Shown here piece after piece: positions 51,531 through 61,754 of a stretch of 64,000 bases of DNA. Each line of letters begins with the position of its first letter. The first letter of the stretch is position 1. Origin of the DNA: Porphyridium purpureum (lineage: Eukaryota); contig VRMN01000003.1 of the NCBI GenBank assembly GCA_008690995.1, positions 1,302,001 to 1,366,000 of the forward strand. The letters are read 5' to 3'. Under the pieces are notes generated by a model, which searched no databases, was not told the DNA's origin, and saw only the letters and a program-made list of their open reading frames with translations. A program made the position numbers and the translations under genes.

Positions 51531-52556
51531 ATGTCACTCTTCCGATCTGTATTGGTTTCTGGGGTGCTTGCGGTATGGCTAGTGCTTGCCGTGTCCGTTC
51601 AGGGACAGGAGAATGAGGCGGGTGAGACATTTACTCCATTCGATGGCCTTCCGGAAGGGTTTGACGATGAGCTGGAACTACCACCTGCATTCCCGGGCGC
51701 GGAGCCGGGCCCTACCGAGAATTTCCCGGATTTCACTGAATTTCCTGAGGCGAGGCCAGAGTCTGAATCATTTTTTCCTGACGTACTGCCTGAGAGCACG
51801 GAAAGCCCCGATTTGGCACCGTTCGTGGATGAGGCAGGTTTTACAGCGGGTGGCAACGAGGACCCGCGACCGGATTTTCCACTCGAAAACAATGAGGTTG
51901 ATTTCGATGAACTACCGGCGGATGTTTTGCCGCCGGATGCTCCTGCGAGGGGAGCACCTACCACTCTTGGTGACGAGAAGCCAGACGAGCTATTTGATGA
52001 CGAGCTCGGTGATGGAATGGAGTTTGCGCCGCCTAAGTATGGCCCTTATCATGATGGATATTTGCCCTTGGCGGACAAGTATCGTCATGATTTGCATGTG
52101 CTCTACTCTTTCGAGGACTGGGATACGATCATGTCGTGCGATGTGGACAGCAAGACTGCTGAAAGCTGCGGGTGGGATGGTATCACCGAAAAGGACTGCT
52201 TCGCACGCGGTTGCTGCTTTAACAGCAAGGCTTCGGCGGGCAAAGATGACCCACCGTCAAGTATCTGCCACTTCCCTAAGTACACGAAGGGCACGCCTCA
52301 GGAGTGCAAGGTGGATGCCGGTCGTCGATGGGACTGCTACGCGTCCACGGTTGAGTCTTGCTTGGAGAAGGGCTGCTGCTGGGACGCAAGCATGGGAGAA
52401 AAGGCCGCCAAGGGCAGCAAGCGCTCCCCAAAATGCTATCGTGATGCATACTACACTGAAAGCTGCATGGCCGTAGGCCACGGATACGTCCTGAAAGGCG
52501 ACAACTACAAGGTGAAACTTGTTTCGGAGACTTCGCTTTGCAAGGACAAGTGGTGA
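51531..52556 (+). CDS. Secreted acidic Pro-rich protein with two trefoil (P-type) domains
   Basis: Signal peptide; E/D/P/F-rich region; C..CGWDGITEKDCFARGCCF..CHFP and C..RWDC..CLEKGCCWD..CY. Confidence 0.8.
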   Translation: MSLFRSVLVSGVLAVWLVLAVSVQGQENEAGETFTPFDGLPEGFDDELELPPAFPGAEPGPTENFPDFTEFPEARPESESFFPDVLPESTESPDLAPFVDEAGFTAGGNEDPRPDFPLENNEVDFDELPADVLPPDAPARGAPTTLGDEKPDELFDDELGDGMEFAPPKYGPYHDGYLPLADKYRHDLHVLYSFEDWDTIMSCDVDSKTAESCGWDGITEKDCFARGCCFNSKASAGKDDPPSSICHFPKYTKGTPQECKVDAGRRWDCYASTVESCLEKGCCWDASMGEKAAKGSKRSPKCYRDAYYTESCMAVGHGYVLKGDNYKVKLVSETSLCKDKW

Positions 52557-52725
52557 AAAGTGGCATGAAAGTTTAACGCGTACCATTGTGTGTTGCTTTC
52601 ATGCTTTGGAAAAACGTGAGGGCCCCGAAAGCCGGTTTCGCGCGTGTCCTGTTGTTCGTTTTGATGTACAACGCCCTCGAACTGTATATGTTTTCCACGT
52701 AAAAGGTTATCAGAGATCTCGTGAC

Positions 52726-53850
52726 CTACTCGCGTGCTCGTTGGTTTTCGGCGAGCATCCGCTCCATCTCTCGGCGCGTCTTGTCACGCAATTCGATTTT
52801 GGACACGACAGTGTTGAGAAGTACCTCACAAAGCGCGGCCACATTTGAACCAAGCATGATGTCGTGCGCCGCGTTCGAAAGGATAGCAGGGGCGCGACAT
52901 CCATGGAAGTCTGCGAAAGCCGCACCATCATATGCACTGCAAAATACGTCTTGCTCCGGACGCAAGGCGACTATCTCTGGAATAATGGGCGTACCCGATT
53001 CGTAACCTAAACCCGCGCTCAACAGCTTGATTACAACTTGCCAGGGCTCGGTGATGTTGCGCACTTCGTGCTCCCAGATTTGTGAGACAATGTCGTCGTT
53101 GTATGCTTCTTCATCTTTTGGGCAGCGCAAGGCCAACGCCCGGTAGACTTCCGGGGAGTATAAAGGACTTGAGGCCCGAAACGTGCTCCACAACGCAGAA
53201 AGGGCGGAGATTATGCTGCATTGTGAGTTTCGCATCAGTGCGATCGCTTTGCTATACGCCCATGACCAAGACGGGAGTACGGGGCTCAAGACCACAATCA
53301 TCGGGAACGATATTTCGTTCTGCGCAAAGTAGACGTACTTGAGAAGCAAACTGGCTCCGAGTCCGTGTCCAACAAGGACGGGCTCATGAAGACGCTGACT
53401 GAAGATCATGAACCGCACGCAGGTGTCGATGTCCATTGTGCAGTCGTCCACAGTTCTTCGTGCTGGATTGAGTCCAGATCGCTGGAGACTTTGTCGGCTC
53501 TTAGAAAAAGACATGGCAAAGCAGCGCACGCCACGCGACGCAAAGAACAGCATTACCGTCACCCAGCACGACGCTTGATGGAATAAGTCAGCAATGAAGA
53601 ACAGCGGGCGCATCTCGCAGTTGATGATGGATACCGGCATCTCGTTACTGCTCTTCCGTTGCTGCTGCTCCTCCTCCTCCTCCTCCTCTGGCGCACCAGA
53701 GCCTTGCACCTGTGTCTGACTCCCATCTCCTTTCAAATCATCGGGCCGACATTCGAGCAACACAACTCCGTCCACATCATGAACGGAAATTCCTTTCGGA
53801 AACTCAGGTCCGGCGCGCGCCTTTCCGCCGCGAGCTTGAGACTGATTCAT
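52726..53850 (-). CDS. Alpha/beta-hydrolase-fold protein lacking the nucleophile Ser
   Basis: PVLVGHGLGASLL in place of GHSxG; C-terminal D and AHDIML. Confidence 0.75.
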   Translation of the reverse strand: MNQSQARGGKARAGPEFPKGISVHDVDGVVLLECRPDDLKGDGSQTQVQGSGAPEEEEEEEQQQRKSSNEMPVSIINCEMRPLFFIADLFHQASCWVTVMLFFASRGVRCFAMSFSKSRQSLQRSGLNPARRTVDDCTMDIDTCVRFMIFSQRLHEPVLVGHGLGASLLLKYVYFAQNEISFPMIVVLSPVLPSWSWAYSKAIALMRNSQCSIISALSALWSTFRASSPLYSPEVYRALALRCPKDEEAYNDDIVSQIWEHEVRNITEPWQVVIKLLSAGLGYESGTPIIPEIVALRPEQDVFCSAYDGAAFADFHGCRAPAILSNAAHDIMLGSNVAALCEVLLNTVVSKIELRDKTRREMERMLAENQRARE

Positions 53851-53944
53851 CGACCTGGAGCTCCCGTAGCGGTACGCAAAACCAGGATTTACCTCGACCG
53901 CCAGCACGATCGTCTCCCACTACCCTTCCGCGTGATCGTTTCGG

Positions 53945-54676
53945 ATGCGTGCGCGAGTGGCATGTATCCATGCGATGAGGACGTCGCTCGATGCGACGGC
54001 GAGGGCATTCGCACGCGGGTACCCAGAGGCCGAGGTGGTGAACATTCTGGATGACAGTCTGAGCGTGGATGTGGAGATGGCCGGCAACCAAGATGAGCGA
54101 ATGCTCGAGCGGTTTTCCGGCCTTGGCGAGTATGCTCGCCGCCACGCGCGCGCCGACGCGATTTTGTTTACGTGCAGCGCCTTTGGCACAGCTATCGAGC
54201 GAGTTCAGAGAGAGAATCAAGATATGCCGGTCCTTAAGCCAAATGCAGCGATGCAGCTTGACATAGTAAGTCGTGGTGGGACAGTTGGCTTGCTTTCCAT
54301 CTTCGGACCCACGCTTGCATCAATTGAGAATGAATTGAGCGAATTGAGCCGCCATGTAAAGCCCAGCCCGGGGCTCAAGCCACTGGTAGTGATTCCGCGT
54401 TTTATTGGTGGCGCACTTGACGCTCTTCGCGCTGGCGATGAGGCAAAGTGTGCCGCGCTCATCGCAAATGACGCCATCAATCTCCTTGAGAGCAAGCCCG
54501 AAGTTTCTACACTTGCCCTCGCCATGTTCTCCATGGCATTTGCTAAAAGCCACGTTGAGTCGAAGCTTGCTCAACACATGGCATCCTTCTCAGCTCGGTC
54601 ATGCATTCCTGTGCTCACATCGCCTGATTCGGCGGTAAAAGATGTGCGCATGCAACTCTCCAATGCGGCGCCCTGA
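53945..54676 (+). CDS. Asp/Glu/hydantoin racemase-family protein, bacterial-like
   Basis: IHA, NILDDSL, AILFTCSAFG, VLKPN, ALAMFSMA, PVLTSPDSAV. Confidence 0.82.
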   Translation: MRARVACIHAMRTSLDATARAFARGYPEAEVVNILDDSLSVDVEMAGNQDERMLERFSGLGEYARRHARADAILFTCSAFGTAIERVQRENQDMPVLKPNAAMQLDIVSRGGTVGLLSIFGPTLASIENELSELSRHVKPSPGLKPLVVIPRFIGGALDALRAGDEAKCAALIANDAINLLESKPEVSTLALAMFSMAFAKSHVESKLAQHMASFSARSCIPVLTSPDSAVKDVRMQLSNAAP

Positions 54677-54754
54677 CAGGTGCGACTTTGACCATAAAAA
54701 TGGCGCACCAGAATGCGTGATGCTGTGCACCTGGAGGTCCAATTTCAGTACACG

Positions 54755-55618
54755 TCACAAGTCCTCTACAGTGTGCATAAAGCGTACAGCAAAGTTCTGA
54801 TATTGCTCAAGGATCACGAAGCCTACCAAAATGTATCTTTGCCCACTGGTGATAGGATGGCCGGCGTGAAGCATCCCCGACGCATGTGCAAGCATATGAC
54901 CTTGATTGGTCGAAATAGTTTCATTGAGACCGGCAAACCACGTTCCGCCCCCTTCAAAGTCGGAGCGCGGGTTGAGCGCAATGTTAAAACTGAGCACGGA
55001 ACCGTCGCGATGCTCAGCGAGGCTCACTTGGCCACCAGGTTCGACAGCGTCGTATTTGACGACAAAGCCATCCACCACGCGCAAGCACCTCACGTCCGGT
55101 AATGCGTCGAAAAACATGGCACCGAGCGTCGGATATATGGTTGAGACAAGCTTTCGGTTGAACAGGCGCAAGGTCTCCGGCAGCTGGACTAGCGGCAAGT
55201 CTGTCGTAGCGTAACTTCCATGTCGCTTCTTTGACCAGCCGATCTCGGACGCGACCCGCTCCGCCTCGCGTACAATGTCGTTGCATTCGTCGCGGCTGAA
55301 CACCTCGCTGTCCTGCGTCTGGTGCAAACAGAAAAAGGGCATGTCGCGGGGCCCCGCTACAGGCGCCTTGACGCGACTCCAGAACGGCAGTGCAGCCGGC
55401 GCTGCCGCGTGCCCAAGTCGCAGCTCTTCCGCGGTCCCTAGACCCGTACCGACGTAATTCTCAAAATGCTTCATGGTCTCGACGTATCCCGGAATCTGGC
55501 GCTCTGACACCATGCGACATGTGGCCGCTCTGCCGACAATTCGTTTTCGCTGCGCCGGCGAAGCCATCAGAAAAGCTGCAGGCCGCCATGATGACACTGT
55601 GCGAGTCTCGTCAATCAT
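54755..55618 (-). CDS. 2-oxoglutarate/Fe(II) dioxygenase (lysyl/prolyl-hydroxylase-like), probable transit peptide
   Basis: YATTD, FVVKY, HRDGS, FNIALN, FEGGGT, HAGHPITSGQRYILVGF. Confidence 0.88.
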   Translation of the reverse strand: MIDETRTVSSWRPAAFLMASPAQRKRIVGRAATCRMVSERQIPGYVETMKHFENYVGTGLGTAEELRLGHAAAPAALPFWSRVKAPVAGPRDMPFFCLHQTQDSEVFSRDECNDIVREAERVASEIGWSKKRHGSYATTDLPLVQLPETLRLFNRKLVSTIYPTLGAMFFDALPDVRCLRVVDGFVVKYDAVEPGGQVSLAEHRDGSVLSFNIALNPRSDFEGGGTWFAGLNETISTNQGHMLAHASGMLHAGHPITSGQRYILVGFVILEQYQNFAVRFMHTVEDL

Positions 55619-55810
55619 CCTTGCCTGAAGCGACGGCGCAGAGCGAACCACTTACTTCACTTGCGCCGCGCTTGCAATCTCATTTGCGCATCCGCCTTGC
55701 AAGACAAACCGGCGCATCGGTTAAACCGAAAGGGGCAGCGCGGTTCAGGAGTTTGTTGAACTGCGCATAGGAGGCAAGCAAGGAGAAACAAGAATCAAGG
55801 AGCGGCAGGT

Positions 55811-58800
55811 ATGGGTGTGTCTGGGTTATGGGAGTTGCTGGCACCGACAGGCCGACATGTGCCGATCGAACACTTGTCCGGCCGCAAGGTGGCCGTGGAT
55901 GTATCTGTCTGGTTGACGCAATTCGTCAAGGCCATGCGCGACAGCAACGGCATGATGTTCCGGAATGCGCACCTGCTGGGGTTCTTCCGGCGCTGCTTGC
56001 GCCTCCTGTACCACGGCATTCGGCCGGTGTTTGTGTTCGATGGCGCAACACCGTACCTCAAACGCAGGACTGTCATGGCGCGCGTCGCAGCCAGGGACAA
56101 GCAGAACCTCAAGCTGCGCCGACTGGCAAGCAGGCTGCTGGAAAATAGAATCAAGATGGCCATCCTGGACTCCGCACAGGCCTCAAATGATCAGGTAGAA
56201 TCTTCTGAACTCCAACCTCGATCAAGTGCTGCATCTGCACAGTCTCCGCAGGAGCTGAAAGACTCTGTGGATGTCCTTGACGAAGCACAACAGCTGGAAG
56301 CCTCAGATGATGAAACTCAGAATGATGATCATGAGGAGCGCAGCGAGTATGAAGATGGCACGAACACCGCATCTAGAGCGCCTAACACAGCAGAGGCGCA
56401 TGGGAAGGCATGCACCGCCGAACCTGAAGAGAAAAGGGCAGCGTCGAGTCGCGACATGTTCCGAACGCATCAACGCGGTCTGTTTGTGGTTGACAGATCG
56501 GCAACTAACAATGCGAGTGCGTCGGACCCTGCCAACTTGTACGTACAGGATGTGAGGGATGGAACGACAAGGACGCTCATAAATCCCGGGATCATGGACT
56601 CGGATCCGCGGGCCGCGCCACTGCATGAGCTCCGAACCCCGAGTGGTGTCGCAATTGCCCAATACCTGCGCACAAAGCCGAGGTGGAGTGATCCAAGTCG
56701 GAGAGCGGAGGTAGCGGTAGCCTCAGCATCATCGTTTCGTGTAAAAAATGGCGCTGGCCCGAGCGCTGCTGTTCGGAATCCACAGCCGCAGTCTGACGAC
56801 CTTGACGACGACGAGCTGGTGCTTCCCGATGATGAAGAAGATGTAGATCTCGAAGCTGTCGTACAGTTACCAGCGACCACGCAGAACGAAATCTACGAGA
56901 CTCTCCGTCTCCGACGCAGGATTCGGAACCGCTCCCAGTCTGCCAAGCAGGCGACCGATCCCTCGTCCTTCTCTCGCGCACAAATGGAAGGATTTCTGAA
57001 AAGTATCCGCCTCAACAAGCGCATCAAAGTCGCCCGCGGCCAGTCAGAGGAGCTGCAACAAGGCCGTCGGCAGATGGCAGGTGACACTGCAAGACATGTG
57101 ATTTTTGAACGAAACCACATTTCGGGGTCCGAGTCCGAACCCACTCATCTGCCGCAACTCAGGAACGAGTCGATTGTATTCTGGGCGAATGCTAACGAGA
57201 GGAACCGAACCGCCAGTGGGAAGGATGCATTGGATAAGAGCCACAAATTGTCGGTTCCGTGGGCAACAAGCGCACTGCAACAAAAACGTGAAGCGCGGTT
57301 CGTTCCGCTTCTTCCCATTGAAAGAGGAGCGTCGGAGGTCACAAACAAAAAAGTGCTGTTGTATTCAAACGATTTGGGCGAGGAAAGCGAGTCCAGTGGC
57401 GTGGAGTGGGAAGATGTGTCTGCCCTTCCGCACCCTCGGGGAGAAATTGTTGAAGATGAGGAACGCAGGGACGACTCGGACTCTGACCTTCAACAGGCGA
57501 TTGTGATGTCTCTGTCTGAAAACCTTGCGAGCCAAGTAAACTCGCAGAGGAAACGCGCGCGGCTTGTGCGAGAGGATAGCGAGGAGGATTCACTGACAGA
57601 ACCGAACGAAAAACGTAGTTCACAAGTGCGTTCCAGTTCCCAGAACTCAGACTGTACGCCGTTTGCTCACATGCCGGCACATGCAGCTAGTTCTACCGCG
57701 CCCGCACTAATGCCTTCGAGCACAGTGGATAATCTGCCACAAGGTTCTCATACCGCGCAGGACGGTAGTGAGGATGATGATGAGTTGGATCATGCGATCG
57801 CTCTGTCCTTGGAGCGAAGGGATGGGGACAGAACGGACACTGCCGACGCCAAAAATCGTGCTGTAACGGCTGAGGAAGCCCCGCGAACACGACTTTTGGT
57901 GGCATCTCCCGAGGTACTTGGAACCGGAAGCGGAACAGAGGCATACTTCTCTCTGAACGCTGCCGATAATGAGAACAAAATGCCGGCATCCGACGAAAAG
58001 GTTCGGGCAGAAATCAACTCAGCTGCTCAAAGGCTTGACACAGAGCGTGTTACTCAAACATTCACTGAAACGCCCAGCGTCAAGGATCCTCATGATGAAG
58101 TCGCAAGGAAGCATGTGACCTTTAACCTGACAATTAAGGACAGCGGCAATCCGCTCAATTTGGCGGACTGCGAACCGGCCGAAAGGCTTGGGTCGCATGA
58201 TAAATCCCGTACGTCACAGAATGCTGATGAATTGATCGACAAATTCGACGAAGAAGAGGACGTCGACGAAATCCGTATCTCACACGTGCGAAAGGAAGCG
58301 TCTCTGGATGCCGACGTACAGGAGAGCGTCTTGGAGCGAGAACTAAATGAGCAGAGGCTGGAGGCATTGCGGGAGGAGATCAATGCGACCAGCGCAGAGT
58401 TGCACACAGACCTTCGAGGCGCGCGCGCAGCTTCAGCCACCGTGTCGGACGAAATGTACAGCGAGACTCGCGAATTGCTCAAACTATTCGGCCTGCCATA
58501 TCTTGAAGCGCCGTTCGAAGCCGAGGCACAGTGTGCCTGGCTGAATGCGGAAGGTCTTGTTGATGCAGTAATCACGGAAGACTCGGATGCTTTTGTGTTT
58601 GGAGCCAAGGTTGTGTGCCGCAATATATTTGATCAGAACAAATACGTCGAAATGTACGAAGCCGATGCCATTTGCGATGAGCTTGGTCTTGATCAGGCGC
58701 GGCTGGTTCGGCTTGCATTGCTCCTTGGATCAGATTATACCGAAGGTGTGCGTGGGATTGGAATTGTGAATGCGTCTGAAGTCATACATGCGTTCCCAGA

Positions 58801-59461
58801 ATTGGAGGACGAACGCGGGCTGAGCGACTTTGCAAATTGGGTGCGCAGCCCGCACTTTGAGCGTTTTGATATCGGAGATTCGTCGCAAATGAAGCAAGGT
58901 GCTGCATCCGCGGTTCGCCTCAGTCCATTTGAGCCTAACTCCGAGAAAGACAAATTTGCGTACAAGCATCGAAACTTGAAGAAGCATTGGATTTTGCGCG
59001 ACGATTTTCCAAGCAAAACGGTGATTGCAGCGTATGAGAACCCAGACGTGGATAAGAACAGGCATCCATTTACTTGGCATCAGGTCAATCCAACGGGACT
59101 GGAACAGTTTTGCTGGGCGAAATTTGGCTGGGACGCAAGAAAAACACACGAGTCACTCGATCCTGTGCTAGCTCGCTGGAATCCAGAAGCACCCACTCTC
59201 CGTCAGTCACGCATTGACGACTTCTTTCGGCCAACACGGTTTGCCAAGATCAGGTCGAAGAGGTTGCAAAGCGCGGTCAGTGGAATTTCCGGAAAAGATC
59301 AACGCTCAGTGCTTGGTGTCCCAAATGCAAATATCACTACGGTTAGGAACGAATTGCCATGCACTGATGGAAGTCGGGAAAGCGAACAAGGCGAAGAAAA
59401 GAAAGGCTTGGCCAGGAATAAGCGCCGGTCACGAAATGGCGAGAACCTCGAGTCAAATTGA
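55811..59461 (+). CDS. ERCC5: XPG/Rad2 nucleotide-excision-repair endonuclease
   Basis: MGVSGLW...AVDVSVW...PVFVFDG N-domain; APFEAEAQCA...TEDSD...LLGSDYTEG I-domain; long spacer with two UIM-like helices. Confidence 0.95.
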   Translation: MGVSGLWELLAPTGRHVPIEHLSGRKVAVDVSVWLTQFVKAMRDSNGMMFRNAHLLGFFRRCLRLLYHGIRPVFVFDGATPYLKRRTVMARVAARDKQNLKLRRLASRLLENRIKMAILDSAQASNDQVESSELQPRSSAASAQSPQELKDSVDVLDEAQQLEASDDETQNDDHEERSEYEDGTNTASRAPNTAEAHGKACTAEPEEKRAASSRDMFRTHQRGLFVVDRSATNNASASDPANLYVQDVRDGTTRTLINPGIMDSDPRAAPLHELRTPSGVAIAQYLRTKPRWSDPSRRAEVAVASASSFRVKNGAGPSAAVRNPQPQSDDLDDDELVLPDDEEDVDLEAVVQLPATTQNEIYETLRLRRRIRNRSQSAKQATDPSSFSRAQMEGFLKSIRLNKRIKVARGQSEELQQGRRQMAGDTARHVIFERNHISGSESEPTHLPQLRNESIVFWANANERNRTASGKDALDKSHKLSVPWATSALQQKREARFVPLLPIERGASEVTNKKVLLYSNDLGEESESSGVEWEDVSALPHPRGEIVEDEERRDDSDSDLQQAIVMSLSENLASQVNSQRKRARLVREDSEEDSLTEPNEKRSSQVRSSSQNSDCTPFAHMPAHAASSTAPALMPSSTVDNLPQGSHTAQDGSEDDDELDHAIALSLERRDGDRTDTADAKNRAVTAEEAPRTRLLVASPEVLGTGSGTEAYFSLNAADNENKMPASDEKVRAEINSAAQRLDTERVTQTFTETPSVKDPHDEVARKHVTFNLTIKDSGNPLNLADCEPAERLGSHDKSRTSQNADELIDKFDEEEDVDEIRISHVRKEASLDADVQESVLERELNEQRLEALREEINATSAELHTDLRGARAASATVSDEMYSETRELLKLFGLPYLEAPFEAEAQCAWLNAEGLVDAVITEDSDAFVFGAKVVCRNIFDQNKYVEMYEADAICDELGLDQARLVRLALLLGSDYTEGVRGIGIVNASEVIHAFPELEDERGLSDFANWVRSPHFERFDIGDSSQMKQGAASAVRLSPFEPNSEKDKFAYKHRNLKKHWILRDDFPSKTVIAAYENPDVDKNRHPFTWHQVNPTGLEQFCWAKFGWDARKTHESLDPVLARWNPEAPTLRQSRIDDFFRPTRFAKIRSKRLQSAVSGISGKDQRSVLGVPNANITTVRNELPCTDGSRESEQGEEKKGLARNKRRSRNGENLESN

Positions 59462-59832
59462 TTCGTGTCCAGCACTTTCCCTGTTCGAGCACACAGAGGG
59501 CTTCACGGCGTTGGCTGTGCCAAGTTTTGACTTCTACATTGAGTTGACAAGCTGGCAGAAGGATCGAGTCGAGTGTGTGTTAGTAAGGCATACTGGGGCA
59601 AAGATAAGTTCACACATCGATAAAATAAAGTTTTCCGGCTCAGGCACGGACAATTCCTTTCTGCAACGGCCGAGGCCCTCAGCCCATGCATGTGTAAAAT
59701 TAAATTTGTCCAGCTTTCATCTCAGCCGGTCTCGAAGCGCCGCACAGAAATGACGGGCGAACAAGGAAAATGCAATGTTAAACTTACGAGTAAAAATCAG
59801 GGTACAATCAAGAACTGAACACACCAACAAGC

Positions 59833-61194
59833 TTATCCGGTGGTCCACTTGGGCAGCATGTTCTTCGCAATGGTTGCGAGCTGCATGTTCGAAGTTCCCT
59901 CATAAATCTGGCCAATCTTCGCGTCCCTGTAAAATTTTTCCATCGAATACTCACGCGTAAAACCAACTCCGCCGGCCCAGTCAATGCACTGTGAGGCCAC
60001 TTTCTGCGCGATCTGCGACGCAAAAAGTTTTGCATACGCGGCCTCTGTTTGGAAAGGACGGCCAGAGTCTTTCAATCGGGCAGCATTATAAACAAGCAGC
60101 CTTGCGGCCTCGACCTCGGTCAGAGCTTGTGCGATCTGAAACTGCATGCCTTGGAAACTTGCAATAGGTTTTCCAAACTGCTTGCGTTCCATGCTGTATG
60201 GTATGACTGCGTCTAGAGCGCCTTGCGCCAATCCTACCATCTGAGCCCCGATGCCGATTCGGCCTTCGTTGAGCGACTCGATAGCAATCTTGTAGCCATG
60301 CCCCGTCTGCCCAATGATATTCTCGACGGGCACGCGCACCGAATCAAAGCGAACCTCGCAGCAGGAAGACGCTCGAATGCCAAGCTTGTCCTCCTTTTTC
60401 CCGATCTCAAGGCCAGAGGCTGCGCGCTCCACCAAAAAGGCGGTGATACCTTTGTACCCGAGTTGCAGATCGACGCTAGCAAACACAATGAAGAATTCTG
60501 CCTCCGCCGCATTTGAAATCCACATTTTCGCTCCGTTCAGCACAAAGACGCTCCCACCATCCTTTGATTCTGTGGCTGTTGTCCGAAGCGCAAAGGCGTC
60601 AGAACCTGCGCCGGCTTCGCTCAGACAAAATGAACTTAGCGATTGTGTCGCCATTCTGGACAAGACAGCCTGTTTCTGCTGTTCGGAGCCCCATTGTGAT
60701 AGGATTCGGTTGTTCAATGTGTTGTGGATATCAACAATCACAGACACAGCCGGGTCTACTCTGGCAAGCTCTTCGACAATCAAGCACGTTTGCGTGAAGG
60801 TCATTTCACTCCCACCATATTCAGCGCTTACCTCCGTTCCCATGTAACCATTCGCAAACATTTGACCCAGCAGCCCCGCATCCATCTTGGCGTCGCGATC
60901 CATCTGCTTCACGAGCGGTGCCACAGACTCGAGCGCAAACTTTCTCGTTGCGTCCTTCACCATTTGCTCTTCGTCGTTCCACACCAGCAGCGGTCTGGCG
61001 TCGCTGTGCTTTTCCGGGCTTGCACAAAAATGTCTGGCGCGCGAAACGCCATCGCGTTGGCTGTGGTCCTTGCAACCTGCAAACCATCCGGCCCGGTCAA
61101 AACGACGCCACGCATGGTTCGAGCCCGTCAGACTGCGCGCACGCTGCGAGGAAAACGCGGCGCGCGCGCCCAGATAGCGCAGCACGACTTTCAT
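59833..61194 (-). CDS. ACADSB: Short/branched-chain acyl-CoA dehydrogenase, mitochondrial
   Basis: SFCLSEAGAGSDAFAL, KMWISN, KEDKLGIRASS, LNEGRIGI, YRDAKIGQIYEGTSNMQL; Arg-rich presequence. Confidence 0.93.
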   Translation of the reverse strand: MKVVLRYLGARAAFSSQRARSLTGSNHAWRRFDRAGWFAGCKDHSQRDGVSRARHFCASPEKHSDARPLLVWNDEEQMVKDATRKFALESVAPLVKQMDRDAKMDAGLLGQMFANGYMGTEVSAEYGGSEMTFTQTCLIVEELARVDPAVSVIVDIHNTLNNRILSQWGSEQQKQAVLSRMATQSLSSFCLSEAGAGSDAFALRTTATESKDGGSVFVLNGAKMWISNAAEAEFFIVFASVDLQLGYKGITAFLVERAASGLEIGKKEDKLGIRASSCCEVRFDSVRVPVENIIGQTGHGYKIAIESLNEGRIGIGAQMVGLAQGALDAVIPYSMERKQFGKPIASFQGMQFQIAQALTEVEAARLLVYNAARLKDSGRPFQTEAAYAKLFASQIAQKVASQCIDWAGGVGFTREYSMEKFYRDAKIGQIYEGTSNMQLATIAKNMLPKWTTG

Positions 61195-61475
61195 AGTCGT
61201 TTCGCGTCACTCCACTCTGGCAAATGCCCTCCTTAACACAGGGGCGCCGCTCAACCTACCGGATCTCCGTCTGGCTGCTCGGGACGTGCGCGCGGTGTCT
61301 GCACACGCGCCGGCTCGTCGTGGGAGCGCGGATGTGTCAATACAGGGCCGCGCGACAAAGCAGCTCCGACAGCAGTACGAGCACACGTGCGTTCACGAGC
61401 CAGAAGCCCGAGCCATCCCGTCGAGAGCGAGCCCGCTTCGCTCCCGTGCCTGCGCGTCTCTCAACTGGGCATACC

Positions 61476-61501
61476 CTCTCTCTCTCTCTCTCTCTCTCTC
61501 T
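61476..61501. repeat. (CT)n microsatellite
   Basis: Directly visible dinucleotide run. Confidence 0.9.
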
Positions 61502-61754
61502 TCCACGCCGGCTCGTGGCAGTCACGCAACGCGCGATCGCTCGCGCGACGGCAGAAACTGTACATATTTTGGACTGTACCTCCGGTCGGAGGTTTTGGAG
61601 TGGGTGGCGGTGTCGTGGCGGGAGCGTCTATCAGTGACTTGGGCAGGCGCACCGGGACAGCTGCTGATCCGCTGGGTAACGCCACGACCTCCCACCGCCA
61701 AGATCCGCAACGCGATAACAACGTACAGGATTATGTATTTGTAGCAGATGACGC

